NCBI RefSeq assembly: GCF_000940845.1
Contig: NZ_CP010341.1
Coordinates: 1,560,001-1,592,000, forward strand
DNA: 32,000 nucleotides
DNA from: Propionibacterium freudenreichii subsp. freudenreichii
GTDB lineage: Bacteria > Actinomycetota > Actinomycetes > Propionibacteriales > Propionibacteriaceae
Direction of reading: 5' to 3'
Position 1 is the first letter of the stretch, and every line of letters starts with the position of its first letter. Below the pieces are notes generated by a model. It was not told the DNA's origin. It was given only the letters and a program-made list of their open reading frames with translations, and made no database searches. Below are positions 1 to 9,250 of this stretch, one piece after another. Both the position numbers and the translations under genes were made by a program.

Positions 1-25
1 ACATCTTCCGCTTCGGGACAGCCAC
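1..25 (-). CDS. rpmF: 50S ribosomal protein L32, first 8 codons only (gene runs off the left edge)
   Basis: The reverse strand reads GAGGAG-aaataac-GTG GCT GTC CCG AAG CGG AAG ATG, giving (M)AVPKRKM, the characteristic L32 N-terminus. A GAGGAG Shine-Dalgarno lies 7 nt upstream. It lies downstream of the DUF177/YceD gene, as in the conserved yceD-rpmF pair. Confidence 0.55.
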
Positions 26-175
26 GTTATTTCTCCTCGATCAAGAATGGGAATGCGCGCCTTTGCAGACACGCGACAGCCTAGGTTACTCGTAGACCCG
101 CCGGTCGTCCAAATGGACGGCCTGCGCGCCGTGGAAACCCGGCACCGCGCCGACGTTCCACATGCGGCACCGCGG

Positions 176-736
176 TCAGTTGTTCTGGGCCCCGATTCCA
201 CCGGTTTCCGGCTCGGTGAGCGCCTTCAGCGCACTCCACCGGGAATCAAGGGGAGCCTCGTGATGATGGTCGGGATGCTCGTTGAGGTTGGCACCGCACT
301 GGGGGCACAGGCCCTTGCAGTCGGGGCGGCACAGGGGCGTGAAGGGAAGGTCGAGGACGATCGCGTCGCGCAACACCGGGTCAAGGTCGAGCAGCTCCCC
401 GTCCAGGAAGAGGTCATCAGGTTCTGCGGAGCGTCCCTCATAGTTGAACAGCTCGAAGACCCGATAGCTGCCGTGGTCGTGCAGATCGGTCAGGCATCGC
501 GCACACTCCCCTTCCAGGGGTGCCTCGACGGTGCCGGTCACGAGGACGCCCTCGACGACGGCCTCAAGCCGAAGGTCCAGGTCGATCCCCGCGCCCTCGG
601 GCACGCGGATCATTTCAATGCCAAGATCGGCAGGCGCCGCGACGGTGTCATGGACCTCCATCATGACTCCCGCCTGACGGGCGAGTTGCTGGGTGTCGAT
701 CACAAGGGAATTGCGGGCGTCAAGATGTGTGCTCAC
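176..736 (-). CDS. yceD: DUF177/YceD-family protein (large-subunit rRNA accumulation/ribosome-associated)
   Basis: The 186-aa ORF is acidic and has the YceD-type Cys cluster (CARC ... CRPDCKGLCPQCG). It sits immediately upstream of rpmF. The start is GTG at 736. Confidence 0.85.
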   Translation of the reverse strand: MSTHLDARNSLVIDTQQLARQAGVMMEVHDTVAAPADLGIEMIRVPEGAGIDLDLRLEAVVEGVLVTGTVEAPLEGECARCLTDLHDHGSYRVFELFNYEGRSAEPDDLFLDGELLDLDPVLRDAIVLDLPFTPLCRPDCKGLCPQCGANLNEHPDHHHEAPLDSRWSALKALTEPETGGIGAQNN

Positions 737-742
737 ACCCCA

Positions 743-748
743 ATCGTA
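743..748 (-). promoter_or_regulatory. candidate -10 hexamer TACGAT, 6 nt upstream of the yceD GTG (predicted leaderless transcript)
   Basis: The reverse strand reads CCTCC-TACGAT-TGGGGT-GTG AGC ACA. This matches the TANNNT pattern, and no Shine-Dalgarno lies between it and the start. Confidence 0.4.
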
Positions 749-823
749 GGAGGCGGCACAACATTTCGACGACTCGCCACCGCCACATCACCTCGCCACG
801 ACGCACGGTGGGGTGGGGCCGCG

Positions 824-1309
824 TCAGTAGCCGAGCTTGCTGCGCACCGCTGCGTTCACCGCGGGGGTCACGAAGGGGCTGATGTCGCCGTGGTTCGCCG
901 CCACCTCCCGCAGCATGGAACTCGAGATCGTGCCGTATTCGCGCCCGGCCGGCAGCAGGACCGTCTCGATGCCCGACAGAATGCGATTGAGCTGGCCCAT
1001 CTGCAGCTCGTAGTCGAAATCGGAGCCGAAGCGAACGCCCTTGACGATCACTGAGGCGTCATGTTCCTTGCAGAACTCGCTCAGCAGTCCGTCTATGGGC
1101 TCCACGGTGACACCGTCGATGTCCGCCACGGATTCCCGCACCAGTTCCAGGCGCTCATCACCCTCGAACAGGTAATTCTTCGATGTATTGCGGCCCACCG
1201 CAACGATCACCTCGCTGAACACGGTGCGGGCGCGCTCGATGATGTCGAGATGACCACGGGTGATCGGATCGAACGACCCCGGGCACACGGCCCGTACGGG
1301 CTCAATCAT
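824..1309 (-). CDS. coaD: phosphopantetheine adenylyltransferase
   Basis: The protein is 161 aa from the ATG at 1309 and carries the PPAT motif AVCPGSFDPITRGHLDII. The start overlaps the rsmD stop by 8 nt (ATGATTGA). The ORF-track extension to 1495 lies inside rsmD and is not credible. Confidence 0.93.
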   Translation of the reverse strand: MIEPVRAVCPGSFDPITRGHLDIIERARTVFSEVIVAVGRNTSKNYLFEGDERLELVRESVADIDGVTVEPIDGLLSEFCKEHDASVIVKGVRFGSDFDYELQMGQLNRILSGIETVLLPAGREYGTISSSMLREVAANHGDISPFVTPAVNAAVRSKLGY

Positions 1310-1901
1310 CCTTGTTCCCTTCGGCGGCACGACAAAAGTACAAACAGCTCTCACCGTAGCGTCGCGTCCAACTGAGTTCGAGGCCACCCGGCCAGTCCGG
1401 TTCCCCCACGCGCACCGAGCGTTCCACCACGAAGATCCCGTCGGACAGCAAATAGCCGTGTGCCAGGGCGGTTGCCATGAGCGTGACCAGCTCATCGTTG
1501 CTCAACTCATAGGGCGGATCCAGCAGGATCACGTCATTGGCGTGGGCGGCGGGCTGTGCCAAAAAATTGCGTACCGATGCCGTCACGATGCGCCCGGACA
1601 GGCGGGTGTGCTTCTGGTTCTGCTTGATCACGGCGGCAACGCCATGGTCCTTCTCGACCCAGGTGACCGGATCGGCGCCCCTGCTCGCCGCTTCCAGCCC
1701 CAACGCCCCGGACCCGGCGAACAGATCGAGCACCGCGAGTCCGGACAATTGCTCGGCAGGATCCTCGGCTGCCGTGCCGGCCCATGTCGACAAGGAGCTG
1801 AACAGGGCTTCACGCACCCGGTCGGTGGTGGGTCGGGTTTGGGACCCCTGCGGGGTGATCAAACGTGCACCCTTGGCTGATCCGGTAATGATTCTGCTCA
1901 C
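1302..1901 (-). CDS. rsmD: 16S rRNA (guanine966-N2)-methyltransferase
   Basis: The 199-aa ORF has a SAM-binding motif (VLDLFAGSGALGLEAASRG) and the DPPY catalytic motif (LLDPPY). rsmD-coaD is a conserved gene pair. Confidence 0.9.
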   Translation of the reverse strand: MSRIITGSAKGARLITPQGSQTRPTTDRVREALFSSLSTWAGTAAEDPAEQLSGLAVLDLFAGSGALGLEAASRGADPVTWVEKDHGVAAVIKQNQKHTRLSGRIVTASVRNFLAQPAAHANDVILLDPPYELSNDELVTLMATALAHGYLLSDGIFVVERSVRVGEPDWPGGLELSWTRRYGESCLYFCRAAEGNKDD

Positions 1902-1907
1902 GGCCCA

Positions 1908-1913
1908 AGGCTA
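1908..1913 (-). promoter_or_regulatory. candidate -10 hexamer TAGCCT, 6 nt upstream of the rsmD GTG (predicted leaderless)
   Basis: The reverse strand reads CCCCGGC-TAGCCT-TGGGCC-GTG AGC AGA. Confidence 0.4.
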
Positions 1914-1976
1914 GCCGGGGCGTGGCGTACGGCTGCGACGCTGGCCCGGACGCCCGGGCTGGGGTTAGATGTTGTC

Positions 1977-2399
1977 ATGGCTGACACAACGAACCCGATC
2001 TCCCCCATTCCCGATGACAGCACGTGGGGATACCTCGCCAGCGTCGACGTGGGCCGCATCGCGGTGAGCTCCGACAACCTGCCGGAGGTGTACCCGGTGA
2101 ACTTCTGCCTCGACGGCGAGTCGATCGTCTTCCGCAGTGCGGCCGGCAGCAAGCTCGAGAAGCTCGCGCTGAATTCCCACGTGGCCTTCGAGGCCGACGG
2201 ATGGAGCGAGGAGGGCGGTTGGAGCGTGCTCGTGCGCGGAACCGGCTCCTTCATCACCGATGAGGACGAGCTCGCACGCGTGGCGAAGGCTCCCCTGCTG
2301 CCGTGGGTGCCGACCGTCAAGAAGAACTGGGTGCGGATCACGCCGACGAGGGTGACCGGAAGGACCTTCCTCTTCGGCCCTGAGCCCTCCCAGTCCTAG
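1977..2399 (+). CDS. pyridoxamine 5'-phosphate oxidase-family (FMN/F420-binding split-barrel) protein
   Basis: The 140-aa ORF has the typical PNPOx-like pattern (GRIAV...PEVYPVNF...DGESIVFRSAAGSKL ... VLVRGT). It is divergent from rsmD. The exact cofactor and function cannot be determined from sequence alone. Confidence 0.78.
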   Translation: MADTTNPISPIPDDSTWGYLASVDVGRIAVSSDNLPEVYPVNFCLDGESIVFRSAAGSKLEKLALNSHVAFEADGWSEEGGWSVLVRGTGSFITDEDELARVAKAPLLPWVPTVKKNWVRITPTRVTGRTFLFGPEPSQS

Positions 2400-2463
2400 G
2401 CGCCCACCAAACACCGGGATGCGGCGGCCCGGCGGCACTGTCACACCGAACCCCGCGAGCACA

Positions 2464-2483
2464 CCGGACCCCGCGAGGTCCGG
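2464..2483. terminator. hairpin in the convergent PNPOx/recG spacer (possible bidirectional terminator)
   Basis: CCGGACC-ccgcga-GGTCCGG forms a 7-bp perfect stem. It is embedded in three imperfect direct copies of CCG(A/G)ACCCCG at 2446-2490. There is no clear U-tract. Confidence 0.35.
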
Positions 2484-2505
2484 ACCCCGGCCAGTGGGGC
2501 GCGAC

Positions 2506-4785
2506 TCAGTCGCGCTCCATCCAGGCGGCGTCCGCGTTGAGTTGGGCGGCCTTCACCATGTCCTGCAGGCCGGGGTCAAGTGATTCCAGCGCAGTGGTCG
2601 ACAGTGCTGCGGCGACGTCGCGGGCCCGTCCGATCAGGTCGGCATCATCGAGCACGCGCAGGAGCCTCAGCGTGCTGCGTCCACCCGCCTGCTCCGCCCC
2701 GAGGACGTCGCCCTCGCGGCGCTGTTCCAGGTCGAGCTCGGCCACGGCGAAGCCATCATTGGTCTGCGCCACCTGCTGGAGGCGCTGCGCCGCGGGGGTC
2801 CGTGGGTCAACCCCGCTGACGAACAGGCAGATGCCCGGAAAGCTTCCCCGTCCGATGCGTCCACGCAGCTGGTGCAACTGGCTGACCCCGTAGCGATCGG
2901 CGTCCAGAACCACCATGGCGCTCGCATTGGGAACATCCACGCCCACCTCGATGACGGTGGTGGTGACCAACACATCGGTCTGGCCCGCCGCGAAGGCTGC
3001 CATCGCTGATTCCTTGTCGGCTCCACTCATCCGCCCGTGCAGCAGACCAAGGCGCAGGCCCTTCAGCTCGTGGGAGCCCAAGCGTTCGAAGACCTCCTGA
3101 GCGGCGGCAACCGGCTCAGCCGACTTCCCCCCGTCGGTCTGGCTGACCCGGGGGCACACCACGAACGCCTGCCGTCCGGATTGGACCTCCTCCAGCACGC
3201 GCTGCCAGACCCGGGCCAGCCACGTGGGATGCTGCGCGGTGAGCACGGCGGTGGTCTGGACGCCCGCCCGGCCCTGCGGCAGCTCGCTGAGGGTGGACAG
3301 CTCCAAGTCACCGAAGACGGTCATCGCCACGGAGCGTGGAATCGGCGTGGCAGTGAGCACCAGCTGGTGGGGGCGATGGTCACCCTGGTCGGCCAGGACC
3401 GCTCGTTGCTCGACGCCGAAACGATGCTGCTCATCGACCACGATCAATCCGATGTCGGAGAAGTGCACGGCCTCGGACAACAGGGCATGGGTCCCGACGA
3501 CCAGCCCGGCCTGCCCGGAACTGATCGCGGCAAGGGCCTGCTTGCGCGCGGCACCGGTGACGGCGCCGGTGAGCAGCACCAGGTGCGTGGCATGCTCCGG
3601 GGCGTCCAGGGTGCCCGCCGCGGCCAGGGGCCCGAGCAGCTTGCGGATGGATCCCTCATGTTGCCCCGCAAGCACTTCGGTGGGGGCCAACAGCACGGCC
3701 TGATGCCCGGCATCGACTGCGGCGAGCATGGCCCGCAGCGCCACGACCGTCTTGCCGGATCCGACTTCACCCTGGACGAGGCGGGCCATCGGCACCGACC
3801 CGGACATGTCGGCGACGATCTCGTCACCCACGGCGCGTTGGCCCCGGGTCAGGGTGAAGGGCAGGGCGGCGTCGAAGGCATCAAGCAGGCCGCCGCTGCG
3901 GTGGGTGATCACCGGCGCGCGATGGCGACTGGATTCCTTGCGCCGATAGGCCATCAGGAGCTGGAGGCCCAGCGCCTCGTCGAACTTGAGCCGCTTCAGG
4001 CCACGGGCGACGTCGTCGGGGACCCTCGGCCGATGCACCAGGTCGAAGGCCTCCCACAGGCCCACGAGGCCCTCCTCACGCACCAGCGAGGGCGGCAGGA
4101 AGTCCACGATGCCCGCCAGCATGTCGAGCCCCATGGCCACGCATTCGGCGATCTGCCAGGTCGGCAGGGTGGCGCGGGCCGGATAGATGCCGATGATGTC
4201 TGATTTCGTGACCACCTGCGCCATCAGGGCGCGCTTCTCATCGGCGGCACCCACGATGCGCCCGGCGGCGTCCAGCATGACGAAGTCGGGATGGGTCATC
4301 TGCAGCTGGTCATTGAACTCACCGATCTTGCCGACGAAGATGCCCCGCTCCCCCATCGAGAGCTGCCGTTGCCAGTAGTCGACCAGGTACTTCTTGCCGA
4401 AGAAGATGAGGTTGAGGAAACCGCGTCCGTCGGTGAGCCGCGCCTCCAGCCGGTAACGGCGTGGGTCGCCCCGGAAGGGCGCCGACGACAGGGAGGCCAC
4501 CTCCGCCACGACCGCCGCCCGCTCATCGGGCACGAGCGTTCGCAGGTCGGTGCGCTGCGTTCCCGACAGATAGTCACGCGGCGTGTAGTGCATCAGGTCA
4601 TCGACGGTGTGCAGCCCCACGGCGGACAGGGCCTTGGCAGTGCGTGAGCCGAAGACGCTGCCCAGGGTCGCCTCCAGGCGCTCGAAGGTGTCCGTGCGAA
4701 ATGGGCTGACCACCCGGCCCGGGACACGGCGGGACGCCGCGGTGCGGGGATGATGGCCCGGGGCCGGCCTTGACGAAGCGCTCAC
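2506..4785 (-). CDS. recG: ATP-dependent DNA helicase RecG
   Basis: The 759-aa ORF has an N-terminal wedge/OB region. Its superfamily-2 helicase motifs are Walker A GEVGSGKT, DEQH box VVDEQHRFG and LTATPIPRS, plus a C-terminal helicase domain (QLHQLRGRIGRG). Confidence 0.95.
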   Translation of the reverse strand: MSASSRPAPGHHPRTAASRRVPGRVVSPFRTDTFERLEATLGSVFGSRTAKALSAVGLHTVDDLMHYTPRDYLSGTQRTDLRTLVPDERAAVVAEVASLSSAPFRGDPRRYRLEARLTDGRGFLNLIFFGKKYLVDYWQRQLSMGERGIFVGKIGEFNDQLQMTHPDFVMLDAAGRIVGAADEKRALMAQVVTKSDIIGIYPARATLPTWQIAECVAMGLDMLAGIVDFLPPSLVREEGLVGLWEAFDLVHRPRVPDDVARGLKRLKFDEALGLQLLMAYRRKESSRHRAPVITHRSGGLLDAFDAALPFTLTRGQRAVGDEIVADMSGSVPMARLVQGEVGSGKTVVALRAMLAAVDAGHQAVLLAPTEVLAGQHEGSIRKLLGPLAAAGTLDAPEHATHLVLLTGAVTGAARKQALAAISSGQAGLVVGTHALLSEAVHFSDIGLIVVDEQHRFGVEQRAVLADQGDHRPHQLVLTATPIPRSVAMTVFGDLELSTLSELPQGRAGVQTTAVLTAQHPTWLARVWQRVLEEVQSGRQAFVVCPRVSQTDGGKSAEPVAAAQEVFERLGSHELKGLRLGLLHGRMSGADKESAMAAFAAGQTDVLVTTTVIEVGVDVPNASAMVVLDADRYGVSQLHQLRGRIGRGSFPGICLFVSGVDPRTPAAQRLQQVAQTNDGFAVAELDLEQRREGDVLGAEQAGGRSTLRLLRVLDDADLIGRARDVAAALSTTALESLDPGLQDMVKAAQLNADAAWMERD

Positions 4786-4791
4786 GCCCCG

Positions 4792-4797
4792 AGCCTA
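4792..4797 (-). promoter_or_regulatory. candidate -10 hexamer TAGGCT, 6 nt upstream of the recG GTG (predicted leaderless)
   Basis: The reverse strand reads GGT-TAGGCT-CGGGGC-GTG AGC GCT TCG. It lies just downstream of the rpmB terminator hairpin. Confidence 0.4.
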
Positions 4798-4837
4798 ACC
4801 ACTGCCTGTGACATGGCTCGTCCACCATGAACATGCT

Positions 4838-4871
4838 GAGGGCCCGTCCACCGACGGGTGGACGGGCCCTC
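4838..4871 (-). terminator. strong stem-loop downstream of rpmB (intrinsic terminator candidate)
   Basis: GAGGGCCCGTCCACC-gacg-GGTGGACGGGCCCTC forms a perfect 15-bp GC-rich stem with a 4-nt loop, about 45 nt after the rpmB stop. The U-tail on the minus strand is weak, as is common in high-GC actinobacteria. Confidence 0.6.
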
Positions 4872-4914
4872 AGGCAAAATCTGTGAGTTCAGCTCAGGTG
4901 CGCGAACGCCCTGC

Positions 4915-5100
4915 TCAACGGCTGACCTTGCCAGCCTTCAGGCAGGAGGTGCACACATTGAGGCGCTTCGCTGTGCCATTGACCACAGCATGCACGCGCT
5001 GAATATTCGGATTCCAACGGCGGTTCGTCTTCTTCTTCGACCACGGCACGTTGTGCCCGAAGCCGGGACCCTTGCCGCAGATCTCGCACACGGCAGCCAT
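4915..5100 (-). CDS. rpmB: 50S ribosomal protein L28
   Basis: The 61-aa ORF (MAAVCEICGKGPGFGHNVPWSKKKTNRRWNPNIQ...) is the classical L28 sequence. An AAGGAG Shine-Dalgarno lies 6 nt upstream. Confidence 0.95.
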   Translation of the reverse strand: MAAVCEICGKGPGFGHNVPWSKKKTNRRWNPNIQRVHAVVNGTAKRLNVCTSCLKAGKVSR

Positions 5101-5210
5101 GGCGACTCCTTGACCTCTTGATGACAGAAACTTGGGAAACAGTCAGCGCCGCTTCCGACGCAACCGGACAAGCTTATCCCCGAGCCACCTACGAGCTCAA
5201 ATCGGACGCC

Positions 5211-5233
5211 GGGCCGGGGAATGGCCGGTGCCC
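5211..5233 (-). terminator. weak hairpin immediately after the rnj stop
   Basis: GGGCCGG-ggaatgg-CCGGTGCCC forms a stem with a 2-nt bulge. On the minus strand it is followed by ...CCGATTTGAGC, a short U-run. Confidence 0.3.
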
Positions 5234-5234
5234 G

Positions 5235-6920
5235 TCATACGGCAATGACCACCGGCACGATCATCGGACGGCGCCGATAGGTATTGCTGACCCATTGTCC
5301 GACGGTGCGTCGCACCACCTGCTGGAGACGGTGTACGTCGTCGACCCCCTCATCGAGCGCCGAACGCACCGACTTGGCGATGCGCGCGGTGACATCGTCA
5401 AAGATCGAGGGATCCTCGAGGAAGCCGCGGGCCGACAGGTCCGGGCCCGACACGATGGATCCGTCACGCAGATCGACCGCCACGACCACGGAGATGAAGC
5501 CCTCCTCGCCCAGGATGCGCCGATCGGTGAGCGCACTCTCGGTGATGTCACCGACGGTGGACCCGTCGACGAAGATGTAGGAGGCGTCCACGCGTCCCAC
5601 GATCCGCGCCCGCCCCTTCTTGAGATCGACCACATCACCGTCCTGGGCGACGATGGCCCGGTCACGGGGCACGCCGGTGGCCACGGCAAGGTCGGCGTTG
5701 GCGACGAGGTGGCGCGGCTCACCGTGCACCGGCAGGGCATTGCGCGGCTTGACGATGTTGTACAGGTACAGCAACTCACCAGCACTGGAGTGGCCCGACA
5801 CGTGCACGAAGGCGTTGCCACGGTGCACCACATGGGCCCCCATCCGGGTGAGTCCATTGACCACCCGGTAGACCGCATTCTCGTTGCCGGGAATCAGCGA
5901 TGAGGCGAACAACACCGTGTCACCGGCGTCGATCGAGATCACGGGATGGTCGCGGTTGGCGATCCGGGACAGGGCTGCGAGCGGCTCACCCTGGGATCCC
6001 GTGCAGATGATGACCACCTTGTCATCGGGATAATCGTTCAACTTGGACATCTCGATGAGCAGGTCACCGGGCACCTTGAGATAGCCCAGCTCGCGGGCGA
6101 TGGCCATATTGCGCACCATGGAGCGTCCGACGTAGCAGACCTTGCGGTCGTGCTTCACGGCCAGGTTGATGATCTGCTGGACGCGGTGCACGTGGGAGGC
6201 GAAGCAGGCCACCACCAGCTTCTGCGTCGATTCTGCGAAGACCCGTTCCAGGGCCGGCAGGATGTCGCGCTCCAGCGGGGTGAATCCGGGCACCTCGGCA
6301 TTGGTGGAGTCCGCCAACAGGATGTCGACGCCCTCCTCGCCGGCATGCGCGAAACCCCGCAGGTCAGTGATGCGGTGGTCGAGCGGGAGCTGATCCATCT
6401 TGAAGTCGCCGGTGTGGAGCACCGTACCGGCCTTGGTGCGGATGAACACGGCCAGTGCATCGGGGATCGAATGGGTGACCGCGTAGAACTCGAGGTCGAA
6501 GATGTCCAGGGCCACCTGGTCGCGTTCCTTGACGGTGTGCAACTCGGCATGGCGGATGCGGTGTTCGCGCAACTTGCCCTCGACCAGCGCCAGGGTCAGC
6601 TTGCTGCCATAGATGGGGATGTCCTCGCGCATGCGCAGCAGATAGGGCACGCCCCCGATGTGGTCCTCATGGCCGTGGGTGAGCACCAGCCCGACGACAT
6701 CGCCGAGGCGACCCTCCAAGTAATCGAGGCCGGGCAGGATCAGGTCAACACCGGGCTGGTTGTCCTCCGGGAACAGCACCCCGCAATCGACCAGCAGGAT
6801 CTTGCCATTGACCTCGAAACAGGTCATGTTGCGCCCGACATCACCCAATCCTCCGAGGGGAATGATGCGCAGGGTGTCAGCCGCCAGCTTTGAGGGGCTC
6901 TTCAATCCGTCATGTGCCAC
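5235..6920 (-). CDS. rnj: ribonuclease J (metallo-beta-lactamase/beta-CASP RNase)
   Basis: The ORF has the HGHEDHIGG zinc motif and the full beta-CASP and C-terminal domains. I place the start at GTG 6920 (561 aa). This leaves about 17 residues before the conserved LRIIPLGGLGDVGRNM block, as in other actinobacterial RNase J proteins. It is also preceded by TAGGGT-N7. An alternative ATG lies at 6986. The ORF-track start at 7358 overlaps the divergent GNAT gene and is rejected. Confidence 0.9.
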   Translation of the reverse strand: MAHDGLKSPSKLAADTLRIIPLGGLGDVGRNMTCFEVNGKILLVDCGVLFPEDNQPGVDLILPGLDYLEGRLGDVVGLVLTHGHEDHIGGVPYLLRMREDIPIYGSKLTLALVEGKLREHRIRHAELHTVKERDQVALDIFDLEFYAVTHSIPDALAVFIRTKAGTVLHTGDFKMDQLPLDHRITDLRGFAHAGEEGVDILLADSTNAEVPGFTPLERDILPALERVFAESTQKLVVACFASHVHRVQQIINLAVKHDRKVCYVGRSMVRNMAIARELGYLKVPGDLLIEMSKLNDYPDDKVVIICTGSQGEPLAALSRIANRDHPVISIDAGDTVLFASSLIPGNENAVYRVVNGLTRMGAHVVHRGNAFVHVSGHSSAGELLYLYNIVKPRNALPVHGEPRHLVANADLAVATGVPRDRAIVAQDGDVVDLKKGRARIVGRVDASYIFVDGSTVGDITESALTDRRILGEEGFISVVVAVDLRDGSIVSGPDLSARGFLEDPSIFDDVTARIAKSVRSALDEGVDDVHRLQQVVRRTVGQWVSNTYRRRPMIVPVVIAV

Positions 6921-6927
6921 GGGCACC

Positions 6928-6933
6928 ACCCTA
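6928..6933 (-). promoter_or_regulatory. candidate -10 hexamer TAGGGT, 7 nt upstream of the rnj GTG at 6920
   Basis: The reverse strand reads CTCCCGC-TAGGGT-GGTGCCC-GTG GCA CAT. Confidence 0.4.
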
Positions 6934-7019
6934 GCGGGAGGCCTGTCCCCCTGCCGCCCGGACGCCGGGACCCGCGCCGGGGCCATCGCCGGCCCCACTC
7001 GCAGGTCCGATGGCCGCGT

Positions 7020-7025
7020 TAGTGT
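7020..7025 (+). promoter_or_regulatory. candidate -10 hexamer TAGTGT, 6 nt upstream of the GNAT GTG at 7032
   Basis: The plus strand reads GCGT-TAGTGT-GGGGCG-GTG ACT TCT. The same hexamer and spacing occur at 22661. Confidence 0.4.
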
Positions 7026-7031
7026 GGGGCG

Positions 7032-7562
7032 GTGACTTCTCAGAGCTCCGGCGCCGGGTTCGTGCGACTTGCCATGCCCAAGGAGGCGGCAGCCATCGCG
7101 GCCATCCAACGCGAGTCCTGGCATGACCAGGGACTCGCCGATGAGCTGCCCGGCCCTGCACAGATCGAGCAGGCCTGGCGCGAGGCGATCGCAACTCCCC
7201 CGTTGGCCATCTACCGGGTACTCATCGCCCAGGACGACACCCGCACGGCGGTGCGCGGCTTCGCGGCGATCGGCCCCAGCGACGATCCGGACTGTGCCGT
7301 CGACGACGCCCTGGTCGGGGAATTCGTGATCGATCCGCGTCACCTGCATGAAGGGCATGGCTCACGACTGCTGAACGCCGTGGTCGACACCCTGCGTGCC
7401 GATGGCTTCGTGCGGGCCACGTGGTGGGTCGCCACCACCGACGATCCGTTGCGCGCCTTCCTGGAGGCCAGCGGATGGGCGCCCGATGGTGCCCATCGGG
7501 AGGTCGGCGACGAGCAGGGCATCAAGGCTCGTCAGATCCGATTGCACACGGCCCTGAAATAG
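7032..7562 (+). CDS. GNAT-family N-acetyltransferase
   Basis: The 176-aa ORF has a GNAT fold pattern: beta1 FVRLA, helix PKEAAAIAAIQRESW, and an acetyl-CoA-binding motif-A-like region (FVIDPRHLHEGHGSRLLNAVVDTL). The substrate is unknown. Confidence 0.8.
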   Translation: MTSQSSGAGFVRLAMPKEAAAIAAIQRESWHDQGLADELPGPAQIEQAWREAIATPPLAIYRVLIAQDDTRTAVRGFAAIGPSDDPDCAVDDALVGEFVIDPRHLHEGHGSRLLNAVVDTLRADGFVRATWWVATTDDPLRAFLEASGWAPDGAHREVGDEQGIKARQIRLHTALK

Positions 7563-7574
7563 GGTCCGGGACCG

Positions 7575-8300
7575 CTACTGCTTGAGCTTGCCCAAGTCGA
7601 CGTGGTCGCCGTGCACGCCCAGGGTGGCCCCCTGTTCGGTGAGCGTCACGCTCGAGTAACTCAGCCCGTCGCCCACGGTCGGCAGGGTCAGCTTGTCCTG
7701 GAAGGCCTTCGTGGCCCCCGCGATGACATCGGAGGGAACGTCCACGCCGGCCAGGGTGGCACTGGGCGAGACGAGGCCGAGCTGGCCATGGGGATCGTTG
7801 ACGTTCAGCGATGCGGTGACCTGGATGGGGATCGTCTGGCTGCCCGCCGTGATGTTCGTGGACCCGGCTGCCCGTCCATCGCCGGCATAGCTGAGCTGCA
7901 CACCGGTGAGGCTCGACAGGGTCGCCCAGTCCACCGTGACGGCGGCATCCAGCGATTCGACGGTGGCCTCGGCCGGCTTTGTCAGCGGACTCACATTGTG
8001 CAGGTTCACCGTGGCCGAGCTGACGTGCACCGTGCGGGTGCCGCCCGTGAGGGTGAAGGAGCCCAGCGTCAGCTCGGCACCCGAGACCTTGTTCTGCACG
8101 GCCGAAGCGAGGAAGATCGGATCGGTGATCCTGGTGTGCACCTCGCTGAGCGTTCCCACCTTGGCGGTCAGCTTGTCATCGATCGCCTGCTCGGCGCGGT
8201 CACGCACCACATGGTCCACCACCATCACGGCCACACCCAGCAGTGCCAGGACCATGCTGAAGATGATCACATCGCGTCCCCGATGCGATGACCGGCTCAT
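7575..8300 (-). CDS. membrane-anchored DUF2993 (LmeA-like) protein
   Basis: The 241-aa ORF has one N-terminal TM helix (VIIFSMVLALLGVAVMVV). This is followed by a Thr/Ser/Val-rich beta-type domain resembling the DUF2993/LmeA lipid-binding family. It starts 5 nt after the dapB stop. The family assignment is from memory of the sequence style, not from a search. Confidence 0.6.
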   Translation of the reverse strand: MSRSSHRGRDVIIFSMVLALLGVAVMVVDHVVRDRAEQAIDDKLTAKVGTLSEVHTRITDPIFLASAVQNKVSGAELTLGSFTLTGGTRTVHVSSATVNLHNVSPLTKPAEATVESLDAAVTVDWATLSSLTGVQLSYAGDGRAAGSTNITAGSQTIPIQVTASLNVNDPHGQLGLVSPSATLAGVDVPSDVIAGATKAFQDKLTLPTVGDGLSYSSVTLTEQGATLGVHGDHVDLGKLKQ

Positions 8301-8305
8301 GGTGG

Positions 8306-9076
<771 letters not shown>

Positions 9077-9175
9077 CTACCGGCAGCGCTGTCAGCCTAC
9101 CCGTCGCGACGCTCGCACAGGGGGATCCACCGCTCAAGGTGGCTGATGGTCCCCGGACCGCAAGGCCATATGAAG

Positions 9176-9213
9176 CACTGGGGGCCAACCACGTCTGTGG
9201 CCGGCCCCCAGTG
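9176..9213 (-). terminator. long imperfect hairpin between pnp and dapB (terminator candidate)
   Basis: CACTGGGGGCCAACCAC-gtct-GTGGCCGGCCCCCAGTG forms an 11+4 bp stem with a 2x2 internal mismatch. It starts 38 nt after the pnp stop. Confidence 0.5.
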
Positions 9214-9250
9214 CTCAGGTGCTCATCCAGCGATCACGCTGGCATGTGGA

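Noticed and set aside
1964-1976. A possible leaderless -10 (TTAGAT or TAGATG) upstream of the PNPOx-family ATG at 1977.
   Set aside because: Neither hexamer fits TANNNT at the 6-7 nt spacing seen at the other eight genes. It is too weak to call.
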